Source: Desulfobacterales bacterium
GTDB taxonomy: Bacteria > Desulfobacterota > Desulfobacteria > Desulfobacterales > SURF-7
DNA: 64,000 nt
Direction: 5' to 3'
Assembly: GCA_041740615.1 (NCBI GenBank)
Contig: JBGSLR010000097.1
Span: forward strand, 29,363 to 93,362
Below the pieces are notes generated by a model that was not told the DNA's origin, ran no database searches, and worked only from the letters and a program-made list of their open reading frames with translations. The position numbers were made by a program, and so were the translations under genes. Below are positions 20,539 through 29,500 of this stretch, piece after piece (position 1 is the first letter of the stretch; every line of letters begins with the position of its first letter).

Positions 20539-21366
20539 ATGTCCGTCATTACCATATCCAGGGGATCTTACAGCAAGGGAAAAGAAATCGCCGAAAAGCT
20601 GGCTCGAAAACTGAACTACGAATGTATCTCCCGCGAAGTTATTCTGGAGGCTTCGGAGCAGTTCAACATACCGGAAGTCAAGCTGATCCGGGCCATTCAC
20701 GACGCCCCTTCGGTGTTGGAGCGATTCACCCACGGCAAGGAAAAATTCATCACCCACATCCGTCAGGCACTTCTGGCGCATGTGGCCAAGGACAATATCG
20801 TCTACCATGGTCTGGCCGGACATTTTTTTCTGAAAAACGTGCCCCATATCCTCAAGGTCCGCATTATCGCCAATCTGGATGACCGCGTGGCGGAAGAGAT
20901 GAAGAGAGAGAATATTTCCGAAGATCAGGCGCGGTATCTGCTGAAAAAAGACGATGAAGAGCGCCGGAAATGGGCCATGTATCTTTTCGGCATCGACACC
21001 TGGGACCCCAGCCTGTATGACCTCGTCTTGCACATCGATTCGATGCGTGTCGACGATGCCGTAGATATTCTGTATGATGCCTCCCGGCGGTCCTGTTTTC
21101 AGACGACCGCCGAATCCAGTCGTCTGCTGCAGGATTTGGTGCTGGCGGCCCGTGTTCAGGCGGCGCTGGTCAATCTGTATCCCACGGCAAAGGTCAGCAG
21201 CTCCGCCGGTGAAGTGCACATCCAGATCGACGCGCCCTATTATCTGCAAGTGGCCAAGAATGAAGATCGGGAGCACAAGATTTTCGACCAGGTGAGCGCA
21301 TTGCTCAAGGGACTGGAAGGAATCCAATCCATTCGATTGCATGTCGTGCCCTCGTCGGTTCGATGA
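20539..21366 (+). CDS. Cytidylate kinase-like family protein with a BON-like C-terminus
   Basis: VITISRGSYSKGKEIAEKLA; LKVRIIA; YDLVL. Confidence 0.8.
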   Translation: MSVITISRGSYSKGKEIAEKLARKLNYECISREVILEASEQFNIPEVKLIRAIHDAPSVLERFTHGKEKFITHIRQALLAHVAKDNIVYHGLAGHFFLKNVPHILKVRIIANLDDRVAEEMKRENISEDQARYLLKKDDEERRKWAMYLFGIDTWDPSLYDLVLHIDSMRVDDAVDILYDASRRSCFQTTAESSRLLQDLVLAARVQAALVNLYPTAKVSSSAGEVHIQIDAPYYLQVAKNEDREHKIFDQVSALLKGLEGIQSIRLHVVPSSVR

Positions 21367-21437
21367 AAAAGAGAGTGAAGGACATTCGTGGCGCAGCCGG
21401 CACGGTTGCCGCGGTCACTTAGTGCGTGGGACATCCG

Positions 21438-22838
21438 ATGCGAATTTTGCTCATCAGGCCCGATTCACACTTGAAGGTCGTCAAACAACTCCTGACCTAT
21501 ATTCATCTGGAGCCCCTGGATCTCGAATATGTCGCCGCCGCCGTTCCCCCGCGACATGAGGTCCGGATACTGGATCTCACCCTGGATAAAAGGCCGGCGC
21601 GTACCCTTACGCGGGTGCTGAAACAATTCCGGCCGGACATTATCGGTTTCACAGCCTACAGCAACCAGCGCGAGAAGGTAGTCGAATACGGAGCGCTTGC
21701 GCGGCGTCTTTGTCCGGATGCGTTCCTGCTCCTCGGAGGCCACCACGCCACGATCATGCCGGAGAACTGCGACTTCCCTTTTCTGGACGCCATTGTCCGC
21801 GGGGAGGGGTACGGCACCTTTAAACGGATGCTGGAATGCATCGAAACCGGCGGGGATGTTTTTGCGATTCCCAATGTGCATCGTCCGGCCGGGAGCGGAT
21901 TCGGGCCGATTCCCATTCATCCCGGAATCGCGCAGATGCCGCACCCCCGTCGGGATTTGGTGGATCGGTCGCGGTATTCCTGCGTCTGGAGTTCGCCCCA
22001 TAAGTCGTTTTCCGATTCCATCTTTCCCCGAATGGCCTCCATGAGGACCTCCTTCGGTTGCGCCTATGACTGCATGTTCTGTGTGGTGCCGCATTTATCC
22101 GGCCGAAAACATCACCGTCGCGACGTGGAAGACGTCCTTGCCGAACTGGAATCCATCCGGGAGGATTACGTGTATTTCGTGGACGACGAGACCTTCCTGG
22201 TTCCGGAATATATGCGTGAACTGGCGCTGAAAATCGAGGAGCGTGGGATCCGGAAACGTTTTGTCACCTGGGCCCGCAGCAACACCATCTGCCGCAATCC
22301 GGATTTGTTTGAACTCTGGCGGCGGGTCGGCCTGCAGATCGTCTATGTGGGCTTGGAAAGCCCGGACGAGGACACCCTGCAAAAACTGAACAAGAAAGCC
22401 TCGGCGGAACAGAACGACGCCGCCGTCCGGATTCTTGCGAAGTGCGGCATCACGGTCCACCCCGCCTTTATGGTCATGCCGGATTTTTCCGTCGAGGACT
22501 TCGAGAGACTGAAACGCTATCTTAAGGGCCTGCCGCCGGTGGAGGCCACCTTCACCGTGTATTCCCCTTCACCGGGAACCGGCGCATGGCGGAACCTGTC
22601 CCGGGAGTTCATCTGTGATCCCATCAAGTATTACGATTGCATGCACACGATCCTTCCGGCCCGTCTTCCGTTGAAAGAGTTCTATGCGCATTTCGCCGAC
22701 CTTACCCGGGCGGCGATCCGGCGGAACCCGCTTTCCCACAGCAAGGCGCCGGTAAACCCTCTGGAAGTGCTCAAGATTCTATGGCGGACCTACCTGTATA
22801 TCCGGATTCAGCGGAATCTGTGGCGTGATTATCGGTAG
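21438..22838 (+). CDS. B12-binding radical SAM enzyme (HpnR/BchE-like methylase family)
   Basis: LEPLDLEYVAA, GGHHAT, GEG; TSFGCAYDCMFC; YFVDDE; YVGLES. Confidence 0.85.
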   Translation: MRILLIRPDSHLKVVKQLLTYIHLEPLDLEYVAAAVPPRHEVRILDLTLDKRPARTLTRVLKQFRPDIIGFTAYSNQREKVVEYGALARRLCPDAFLLLGGHHATIMPENCDFPFLDAIVRGEGYGTFKRMLECIETGGDVFAIPNVHRPAGSGFGPIPIHPGIAQMPHPRRDLVDRSRYSCVWSSPHKSFSDSIFPRMASMRTSFGCAYDCMFCVVPHLSGRKHHRRDVEDVLAELESIREDYVYFVDDETFLVPEYMRELALKIEERGIRKRFVTWARSNTICRNPDLFELWRRVGLQIVYVGLESPDEDTLQKLNKKASAEQNDAAVRILAKCGITVHPAFMVMPDFSVEDFERLKRYLKGLPPVEATFTVYSPSPGTGAWRNLSREFICDPIKYYDCMHTILPARLPLKEFYAHFADLTRAAIRRNPLSHSKAPVNPLEVLKILWRTYLYIRIQRNLWRDYR

Positions 22839-22889
22839 AGGATTCGGGGGGGCATAAGTGACTGAAAACCCCTTTTTTCACCCTCATCC

Positions 22890-22931
22890 AATCCCTCTCC
22901 CGTTCAGGGAGAGGGATTCTTTCATTTTTTT
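22890..22931 (+). terminator. Rho-independent terminator / CCCTCTCCC-GGGAGAGGG REP-type hairpin
   Basis: aatccctctccc-gttca-gggagagggatt followed by a T-rich tract. Confidence 0.7.
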
Positions 22932-23183
22932 ACGACTCCGGTATTACCCTTGAAATGTAAAAAGAACCAACATTTTCACAACAATTCAAACTGTTCCGAC
23001 ATGTTTATCTCCTTTGCGTTTCTCGCGTACATAGCGTTTTTTTACAGGGGGGTATGGTGAAAACTGATTCGCCACCGACTACCACTTGCCTTCTTCTTTG
23101 ACAAAAACGAACATATCACATCCCCCTATTTGGATCGTCTGGCCGTTCATTTCAAAAGACATGTTACAATAATAGGTAACCAC

Positions 23184-23651
23184 TTATTTAAACCGGTTGT
23201 CGGATCGTTTTTTCGATACTTCTTCCGCGGTCGCCGTCATCCAGCCGGAGGTGCTGTTCTGCACGGCATCGAACATTGCGATATAGGGTTTGATGTCCAA
23301 AAGTGGGGTTTCATCCAGAACATCAATCCCTTTCACGGTCAGGGTGTTGTCTTCGACCCCAATCAATTGAACAATGGACAACCCGATGTGATTGGGTCTC
23401 AAGGGCGACCTGGTTGCGAAAACCCCCCTTTCCCGTGTGTCCATAAACGGGGTTACCTGCAAACGGGTTTTCGTGGCTTGATGAAAATGATAAATCAAAT
23501 AAATATGGCTGAATCCGGTCAGATCCGAAAGACCTTGCCCATAGGGTTCGTAGACCTGCACCGTTCCTTCGATGTCGGTTGCGCCCCCGGGTTGAATCGG
23601 CATATTTTCGATATTTCTGAACGGCGAGTGAATGATACCGATGGGTTCCAT
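23184..23651 (-). CDS. tsaA: tRNA m6t6A37 methyltransferase TsaA/TrmO family
   Basis: PIGIIHSPF; GVFATRSPLRPNHIGLS; TPLLDIKPY; AAGGAG RBS. Confidence 0.9.
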   Translation of the reverse strand: MEPIGIIHSPFRNIENMPIQPGGATDIEGTVQVYEPYGQGLSDLTGFSHIYLIYHFHQATKTRLQVTPFMDTRERGVFATRSPLRPNHIGLSIVQLIGVEDNTLTVKGIDVLDETPLLDIKPYIAMFDAVQNSTSGWMTATAEEVSKKRSDNRFK

Positions 23652-23883
23652 CCGTTTTCTCCTTTTCAAACGAAGCGAATCCGGTGGTTGTTTTCCGGGT
23701 TCAGAAACCATTATCCAATTCCAATTCGAATTGTTATGAAATTCACAATACCATGGGGAACGAGTAAGGGCCATAAATTTTTCCAACGCCAATACGCTAC
23801 GGTATGCAGGATGCCCATGTGAAAAAACAGCGGAGAAGCAATCGAATGGAAAACAGGTAACCTGAAAACAACGGCAAGGTAGG

Positions 23884-24276
23884 CTATTTTGAATATCGGA
23901 TGGATACGGACGTGACGACGCCCCATACCCAATTGAAGGCCGTCACGAGAACGGGGGTGAGTAAACCGAGATCCAGACCGGCAATACCCTTGCCGGCTTG
24001 ATAGGGGAAAACGACGAACAACTGCACCATGGTCGGCCCGAGACTCAGCAGGGCGCCTTTGGAAAAAGGCCTGGTATGAAGAAGGGGCAGGAAAAACAAT
24101 ACACTCCAAATTCCTCCCCAGACAATCCGGGGGTACAGCCAGCTTGCGGTCAGGGCCGGTGAAATGGACACACCGAGACCATGGGAAATTCCATAATGGC
24201 CGCATGCCCAGACCGCCAAGCTGTTGGCCAGTCCGCCCAGACAGCCCGCTCCGAAATAGAAGAAGATCCTTTTCAT
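23884..24276 (-). CDS. Small 4-TM membrane protein
   Basis: Hydrophobic helices; WLYPRIVWGG motif. Confidence 0.7.
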   Translation of the reverse strand: MKRIFFYFGAGCLGGLANSLAVWACGHYGISHGLGVSISPALTASWLYPRIVWGGIWSVLFFLPLLHTRPFSKGALLSLGPTMVQLFVVFPYQAGKGIAGLDLGLLTPVLVTAFNWVWGVVTSVSIRYSK

Positions 24277-24280
24277 GCCG

Positions 24281-24505
24281 TTATCTCGTTTTTGCCTGGA
24301 AACAACGGCGTTCCACATACGAGGAGGAATGCGCATCGAACACGGCCTCGTCCTCGTGAATCAGGCGTGGCGGTCCTTCCCAGGCGCCGCAGGCAACCAC
24401 GACCGGATCACCCAAATTGAATTTCCGCCCGCAAGCCGGACAGCCGTCGGCATTCAATTCCATCAATTTCAGACGGTCGATAATGGTTTTTTGATGTGGT
24501 CTCAT
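24281..24505 (-). CDS. Small Cys/His (zinc-ribbon-like) protein
   Basis: CPACGRKF..VVACG..IHE..C; GAGGAG RBS. Confidence 0.65.
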   Translation of the reverse strand: MRPHQKTIIDRLKLMELNADGCPACGRKFNLGDPVVVACGAWEGPPRLIHEDEAVFDAHSSSYVERRCFQAKTR

Positions 24506-24546
24506 GGTTTCCATCTCCTCTCATGAATGTCTTTTCACTCGGTCCG

Positions 24547-24747
24547 TTACGATCCGATCTCACATTGTTTGTTCAGATGCGCTCTGATGAGATATATCGA
24601 GATCACGGCAAACGGAATCGCCACCACAAATCCGATGATCGGCAGGACGGTGAAGCCGGTCATGATGAAACCCACGGCGAAAACGGACAAAACAACGGCC
24701 AGGAACAACTTGGAAATTGTTTGGGGAAAGCAGTTGATAATGTTCAT
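24547..24747 (-). CDS. Small 2-TM membrane protein
   Basis: AAGGAGG RBS; two hydrophobic helices; C-terminal Cys. Confidence 0.65.
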   Translation of the reverse strand: MNIINCFPQTISKLFLAVVLSVFAVGFIMTGFTVLPIIGFVVAIPFAVISIYLIRAHLNKQCEIGS

Positions 24748-24824
24748 CTTGTACCTCCTTTTGTGAAACCCGGCGTGACGAAAGCGCCACGCGTAAAACC
24801 ATTTGCATGGTAAGCATACCATAT

Positions 24825-25718
24825 TCATTTCTTTGCTGTTGTCAAATCGGAAGCCGATGCGGTTCGAGGAGGGAACAGGAAACCGGTGGTTCTCGCCAGC
24901 ACCCAGAATATTGCAAGGGGGAGCAGGATTACCTGGATCAGAAAGATGCCGACATAGAGAAAGGTCAGTTGGAGCAGGTTCTCGATGATGGCTTCCATGT
25001 TGCCGATGATGGTAAGGAAAGCGTCTTTTAATTCGGCCGACTTTTTCTTCAGGAATTCCGAGCTGTTTTCGATGGTTCCCAAGACACCGTCGACCTCCGG
25101 AAGGGAGAGTTCGCGGAGGTTGTCGATTTCGGCGGCGCCGAGGGAGATGCCGCTCCTGGCATGGGAAATTTTCGATTCGAAGAAGTGCTTATAGAGCAGA
25201 TCGTTGCCCATGGAGGACAGGGGCAGACAAAAGCGGGCGGCGATCACCAGGAGCAGGATGCGGACAAGAAAGCTGCTGAACAGAAGCATCTTCGGGTTGT
25301 TGAAAAAAATCAAACCCGACAGGAGGACCAGAATGATCGCCGCCGCGCCCGGGGCCAGAGAAATACAGATTTCATAGGCCAATTTCTGAATGCCGAGGGA
25401 TGTAATCGCGGTAACCAGGACATCCGATAACCGTTCCGTCAGATCATCGATGGGGTCGAGCACTTGTCCGACAGCCAACGATATGCCGATGCCGGCCGGT
25501 TCCAGCTGCAATTCCGATTCCTTGAGAATCGAAACGGAAGCATTGACGGCCCTGCAGGCGGCGTAGGCAAGTCCCGCCTTGGTGATGGCCTTGTTGAAAT
25601 AGTCACTGGTCGCATGATCCATAACCGGGATGGTCAAACCGGAGAAGGCAAACAGCAGAACGGCGCTGATCAGGCAGAGTGCGGATCGAAGGGTTTTCGT
25701 TTTTCCGGGGAAGTTCAT
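24825..25718 (-). CDS. Conserved hypothetical membrane protein
   Basis: 297-aa ORF with several TM segments; GQVLDPIDDLTERLS motif. Confidence 0.7.
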   Translation of the reverse strand: MNFPGKTKTLRSALCLISAVLLFAFSGLTIPVMDHATSDYFNKAITKAGLAYAACRAVNASVSILKESELQLEPAGIGISLAVGQVLDPIDDLTERLSDVLVTAITSLGIQKLAYEICISLAPGAAAIILVLLSGLIFFNNPKMLLFSSFLVRILLLVIAARFCLPLSSMGNDLLYKHFFESKISHARSGISLGAAEIDNLRELSLPEVDGVLGTIENSSEFLKKKSAELKDAFLTIIGNMEAIIENLLQLTFLYVGIFLIQVILLPLAIFWVLARTTGFLFPPRTASASDLTTAKK

Positions 25719-25784
25719 TTTTTTATTCCACCATCGGCCGTCGGATGACAGTGTAACGCTTTGAAAAAGTCGTCGGAAGTCTTT

Positions 25785-26513
25785 TCACAATTTGAAATAC
25801 TGCTTGACATACGCCTCCACTTCAGGCGCAAAAATTGGATCAATCATATAGGCAGCCACTTCAACGGTGTAATGGCTTTCCTGACGCGAAAGGAGTCGGA
25901 TTTGAGGCTTTCGGATAATGGAACTCCACGGTGCGCACAATGCAACGATCTGAAGCTTCTGCTGGACTTCCGGAAAAGGTTCGAGCACCGGCACGGATAG
26001 CTGAAATGCAGTGCATGCGGCTTCCCTGGGTATTTTTTCGATCGCGCCTTCCCTGACAAGGGCGCTGTAAGGGATTTCGATGGTGCGACCATCCGCGGTT
26101 GCAATTGTCAGGGATCGATATCCCAGATTGGTCAGCTGGCCGCGGGTATTTTGAAAGTTGATGATGTCGTCGACCCGGTACCGGTCTTCCGCTTTAAAGA
26201 CGACACCGGCAATCCAGTCCCGAGCCACAAAACTGCCGGCCCAAGTTAAGACTCCCACCATCAGCACCAGCAATACGACCGAGCCGGCGATTCCGGTTTG
26301 AAAGATATGTTTTGCGCCCCATATCAAAAATACGATCCATATGGAAAATTCAACGATGGGGAAAAACCGGTTGATGATCGGATTCGCCTGTTTTCTGCGC
26401 ATGTAAAACGTGAGTCCTTTTTGAACGATCCGCAATCCCAGAAACAACAATACACCGATCAACAGGAATTCCAGAACCGTTAGTTCCGAAATTTCGAAAA
26501 GCAATTCTTTCAT
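25785..26513 (-). CDS. MscS-family mechanosensitive channel domain protein
   Basis: Three TMs then RDWIAGVVF..YRVDDII..LGYRSLTI..IEIPYS; 4-bp overlap with the upstream giant gene. Confidence 0.75.
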   Translation of the reverse strand: MKELLFEISELTVLEFLLIGVLLFLGLRIVQKGLTFYMRRKQANPIINRFFPIVEFSIWIVFLIWGAKHIFQTGIAGSVVLLVLMVGVLTWAGSFVARDWIAGVVFKAEDRYRVDDIINFQNTRGQLTNLGYRSLTIATADGRTIEIPYSALVREGAIEKIPREAACTAFQLSVPVLEPFPEVQQKLQIVALCAPWSSIIRKPQIRLLSRQESHYTVEVAAYMIDPIFAPEVEAYVKQYFKL

Positions 26514-29500
26514 AGCATCTTCCTTGCACGTAGTTGATCTGTTACAAACGGCTCCAAATAGGGGTTGATGGACCAGAGACCGTCATTGCGTGCCTGCAGA
26601 ATTCCCGCCCGATGAAGCACATCCATGAACCGCTTGAATTGCGGGTCGTTCCATCCCATCAGGCGTACCAGCTTGGACTGACTCAGCGTTCTATGCAATA
26701 CGAATTGCAGGATCACCACCATCCATTCCATGGGCAAACGGGAAAGCGGGGTGAGGTCCGGCAAGGACGGGGTGGCGATTTGCAGTGTGTCCCCGCTGAC
26801 ATGTTCGATATGGCTTATCCAGGTATGCAGCGCTACCCCCACATTCCCGTGTGAATAATCGGAAAATTTTCGAAACAGACGTGCAAACGTCAATTCCGAT
26901 ATCGTCTCTTGGGATTGATGTTCCAGTTTGAGTTTCAATCCGGTTGCTTTGTGCCGGAGCAGAATCAGCGTTTTCAGTTCTTCCGCCGTCATGGGCGAAC
27001 AGACAACCACATCCAGGAAATATTCTTCAAATTTTTGAAGATTCCGGATCAGCTTCAATGCATGGGCGTTCATATTGAGAATGAAAAAGCATTGTCGACC
27101 GAATTCCCGGATCATCCACTCCATGTGATTCATGATCGCGTTGCCCTGGGGATGGCGTTCCCACCACAGTTCCAGATTGTGAAACACAATCACACTCTGG
27201 GACGGAATCTGAAGAAACAAGTGCTCGGTGCTTCCCCTGACCTGAAATGCGTTTTCCATGGTTTGATGAAATATTTCGAGACTGCAGGAGCCGTCTCCCG
27301 GCGGGAATATCTGAAACACGGACTGCCGGTCGAAGAACTGGTGGGCGATGTAATGCGACAGCGCGCTTTTTCCGGAAAACCGCTCGCCGGTAACCATCAA
27401 CGCGCCGCTGGTGCCGGATCGGAAACGCTCTACCGCGGTTTGGGCCCGGGCCAGTTCGGCCTGTCTTCCCACCCAGAAATCCTTGTTGGGAGGTTGATCG
27501 CTCACAAACAGTTGTTTGTAATGAAACGGAAGTTCATCGAACACCGGTGTTTTGGGTGAAACGGTGTCCAGCCATGCCAGGACTTCCTTGACACAAGGTT
27601 CGCCGTGGGAGTCTATTCCACCCCCTTGGTTTTTCAGAATTCCCGGAGGTTGCCGGTAGATCATTTTTATCAGAAGTTGCTGGGCCCATGTTTCCAGCTT
27701 CCGCCCCTTTTTCCCGAAGATGGAGATGACTTTTTTACTTTCCTTGTAACGGATATAGCGGCGGAGTTCATTGGAAGACTGAATGATCAGGTAGGGATTG
27801 ATTTTTTCCGTCAATTGTTTCAACCCCTGATCGATGGCGCCCATGAGTTCCTGTTGAAGCACGACAACGGATTCTTTTTCCGTTTCGATCCGTGCGACAG
27901 TTTGCTGGACAATGGACCGGCTGTCGCTTTCCCCAGAAGATTCCCCCAAAAATTCAGGCGATGACTGGTTAAAGGAAAGAAACCGCACCGCGTCCTTGAC
28001 ATGGGCGATGATGGCTTCGATTTTCGATGGAATGCCGGTGAGATGCTGGCGCAGCGGATCCAACAGTTCCGCATAAACGAAATATTCGAGCAATTCGCGC
28101 AAGTCCACGGACAGACCATCTATTTCGGCAAATCGGCCTTCCTGAAGTTGCTGCAGCGACAGTTCCGTAATCGCCTGGGCGGTTTCCGGAATTTTCTCAA
28201 ATGCCGGTTGAATTTCCTCGGCGATGAATTTGACGGCCTGCTCGGGTATCAGGTTCGTATTGACCTCGAACTGAAGTTTGGCTTCTTTTTCCGGTTTCTC
28301 TTCGGGCGGGTTCATCCCGGCTTGTATATCATGAATGAGGCGTTCAATCTTGTCATGCAAGCCGTTTTCCAAGCTCAAAAACCAGTCCTGCTTGATTCGC
28401 AGCAGAATCATCGCCAGCCGCCGCTGGAACGCCATCAGCGACAGGTCCATCAGCATCATTTCAACCAGCAGGGTCTGGTTGTTCAACCATGCCTGGGGGA
28501 ATTCATCCAGTTTCAATTTCGCCTGTTTTCCTGGCTGCTGGTGTTTGACGTGTTGCCTGTGGTGAAACGCCACATCGATGGATCCCGATTCCATGGCCGC
28601 CTGATTGACCATATGCCGGTAATCCCGCAGCATATCCCGGATGAATTCAAAGAAAATTTTATTGTTGACCTGCTGAATCCCTTCTACCGCGCGGGTTGCC
28701 TCGTTTTGTGCTTCGGTAACATTTTCGGATAAAAGCTTCCCATCCAGAAATTGGGTTTCAGACCAGTCCAGGCGATCCTTGATCAGTTTGACCATGCGCT
28801 GAATATCCTGCGCCCAGAAATACTGATGAATCGCCATCTGTTGAAAATGGTTCAGCCATTTTTCCCAGACCAGGTGGTCCCAGGCAGCCGCAATCAATTG
28901 TCGGAAACGAACGGAAACCGCAGGATGCGGCTGCTTTCGCCAGCGACAGGTAATCCGTTTGACCCATTTGACCCATTTCAGCCCCGTTCGATCGCCGGGA
29001 TGCGGTTGAATGGCCTCCGGAGAATTCAGGGTGATGATTGCCTCCGGCAAGTCCTGCCAATAGCCATCCAGACGGGATTTGACGTTGCGAACGGCTTCCT
29101 CCAGCATATCCTTCTGATTGGTCAGGGATGACTGTTTGAAATCCGTGATCAACCGGGTGAATTGAAACAGCAGGTCACCCTGGATTTTGGCAATGGTTCG
29201 TTTCGCTTTGGGTGACCCTCCTTCTTTGAGCAGGTCCCCAATCCGGACAAGGTTGTTTGTCGCCAGATCTCCAAGTGCTTTTACCAGATTCCGATTTTGA
29301 TCATGAACGACCAAAAAATGTCGCTCCACTGTTTGAAAAATCATATTGATGACAAACTGATCCAGGTTGGAAATATGCAATTTCAACAGCTCATCGCCCG
29401 GCAGCGTCAGCGGGGGCAGCTGAAGGGATTGGGTCCCGAGGTTTGACAAGGCGTCATCCGGAAACAGCTGGTTATCCCGATTTGATTCGTATTCAATGCC

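Noticed and set aside
25746-25756. TGACAGTGTAA match to the TetR operator upstream of 24825..25718
   Set aside because: Only the 11-bp core matches and the palindromic flanks are absent, so it may be chance.
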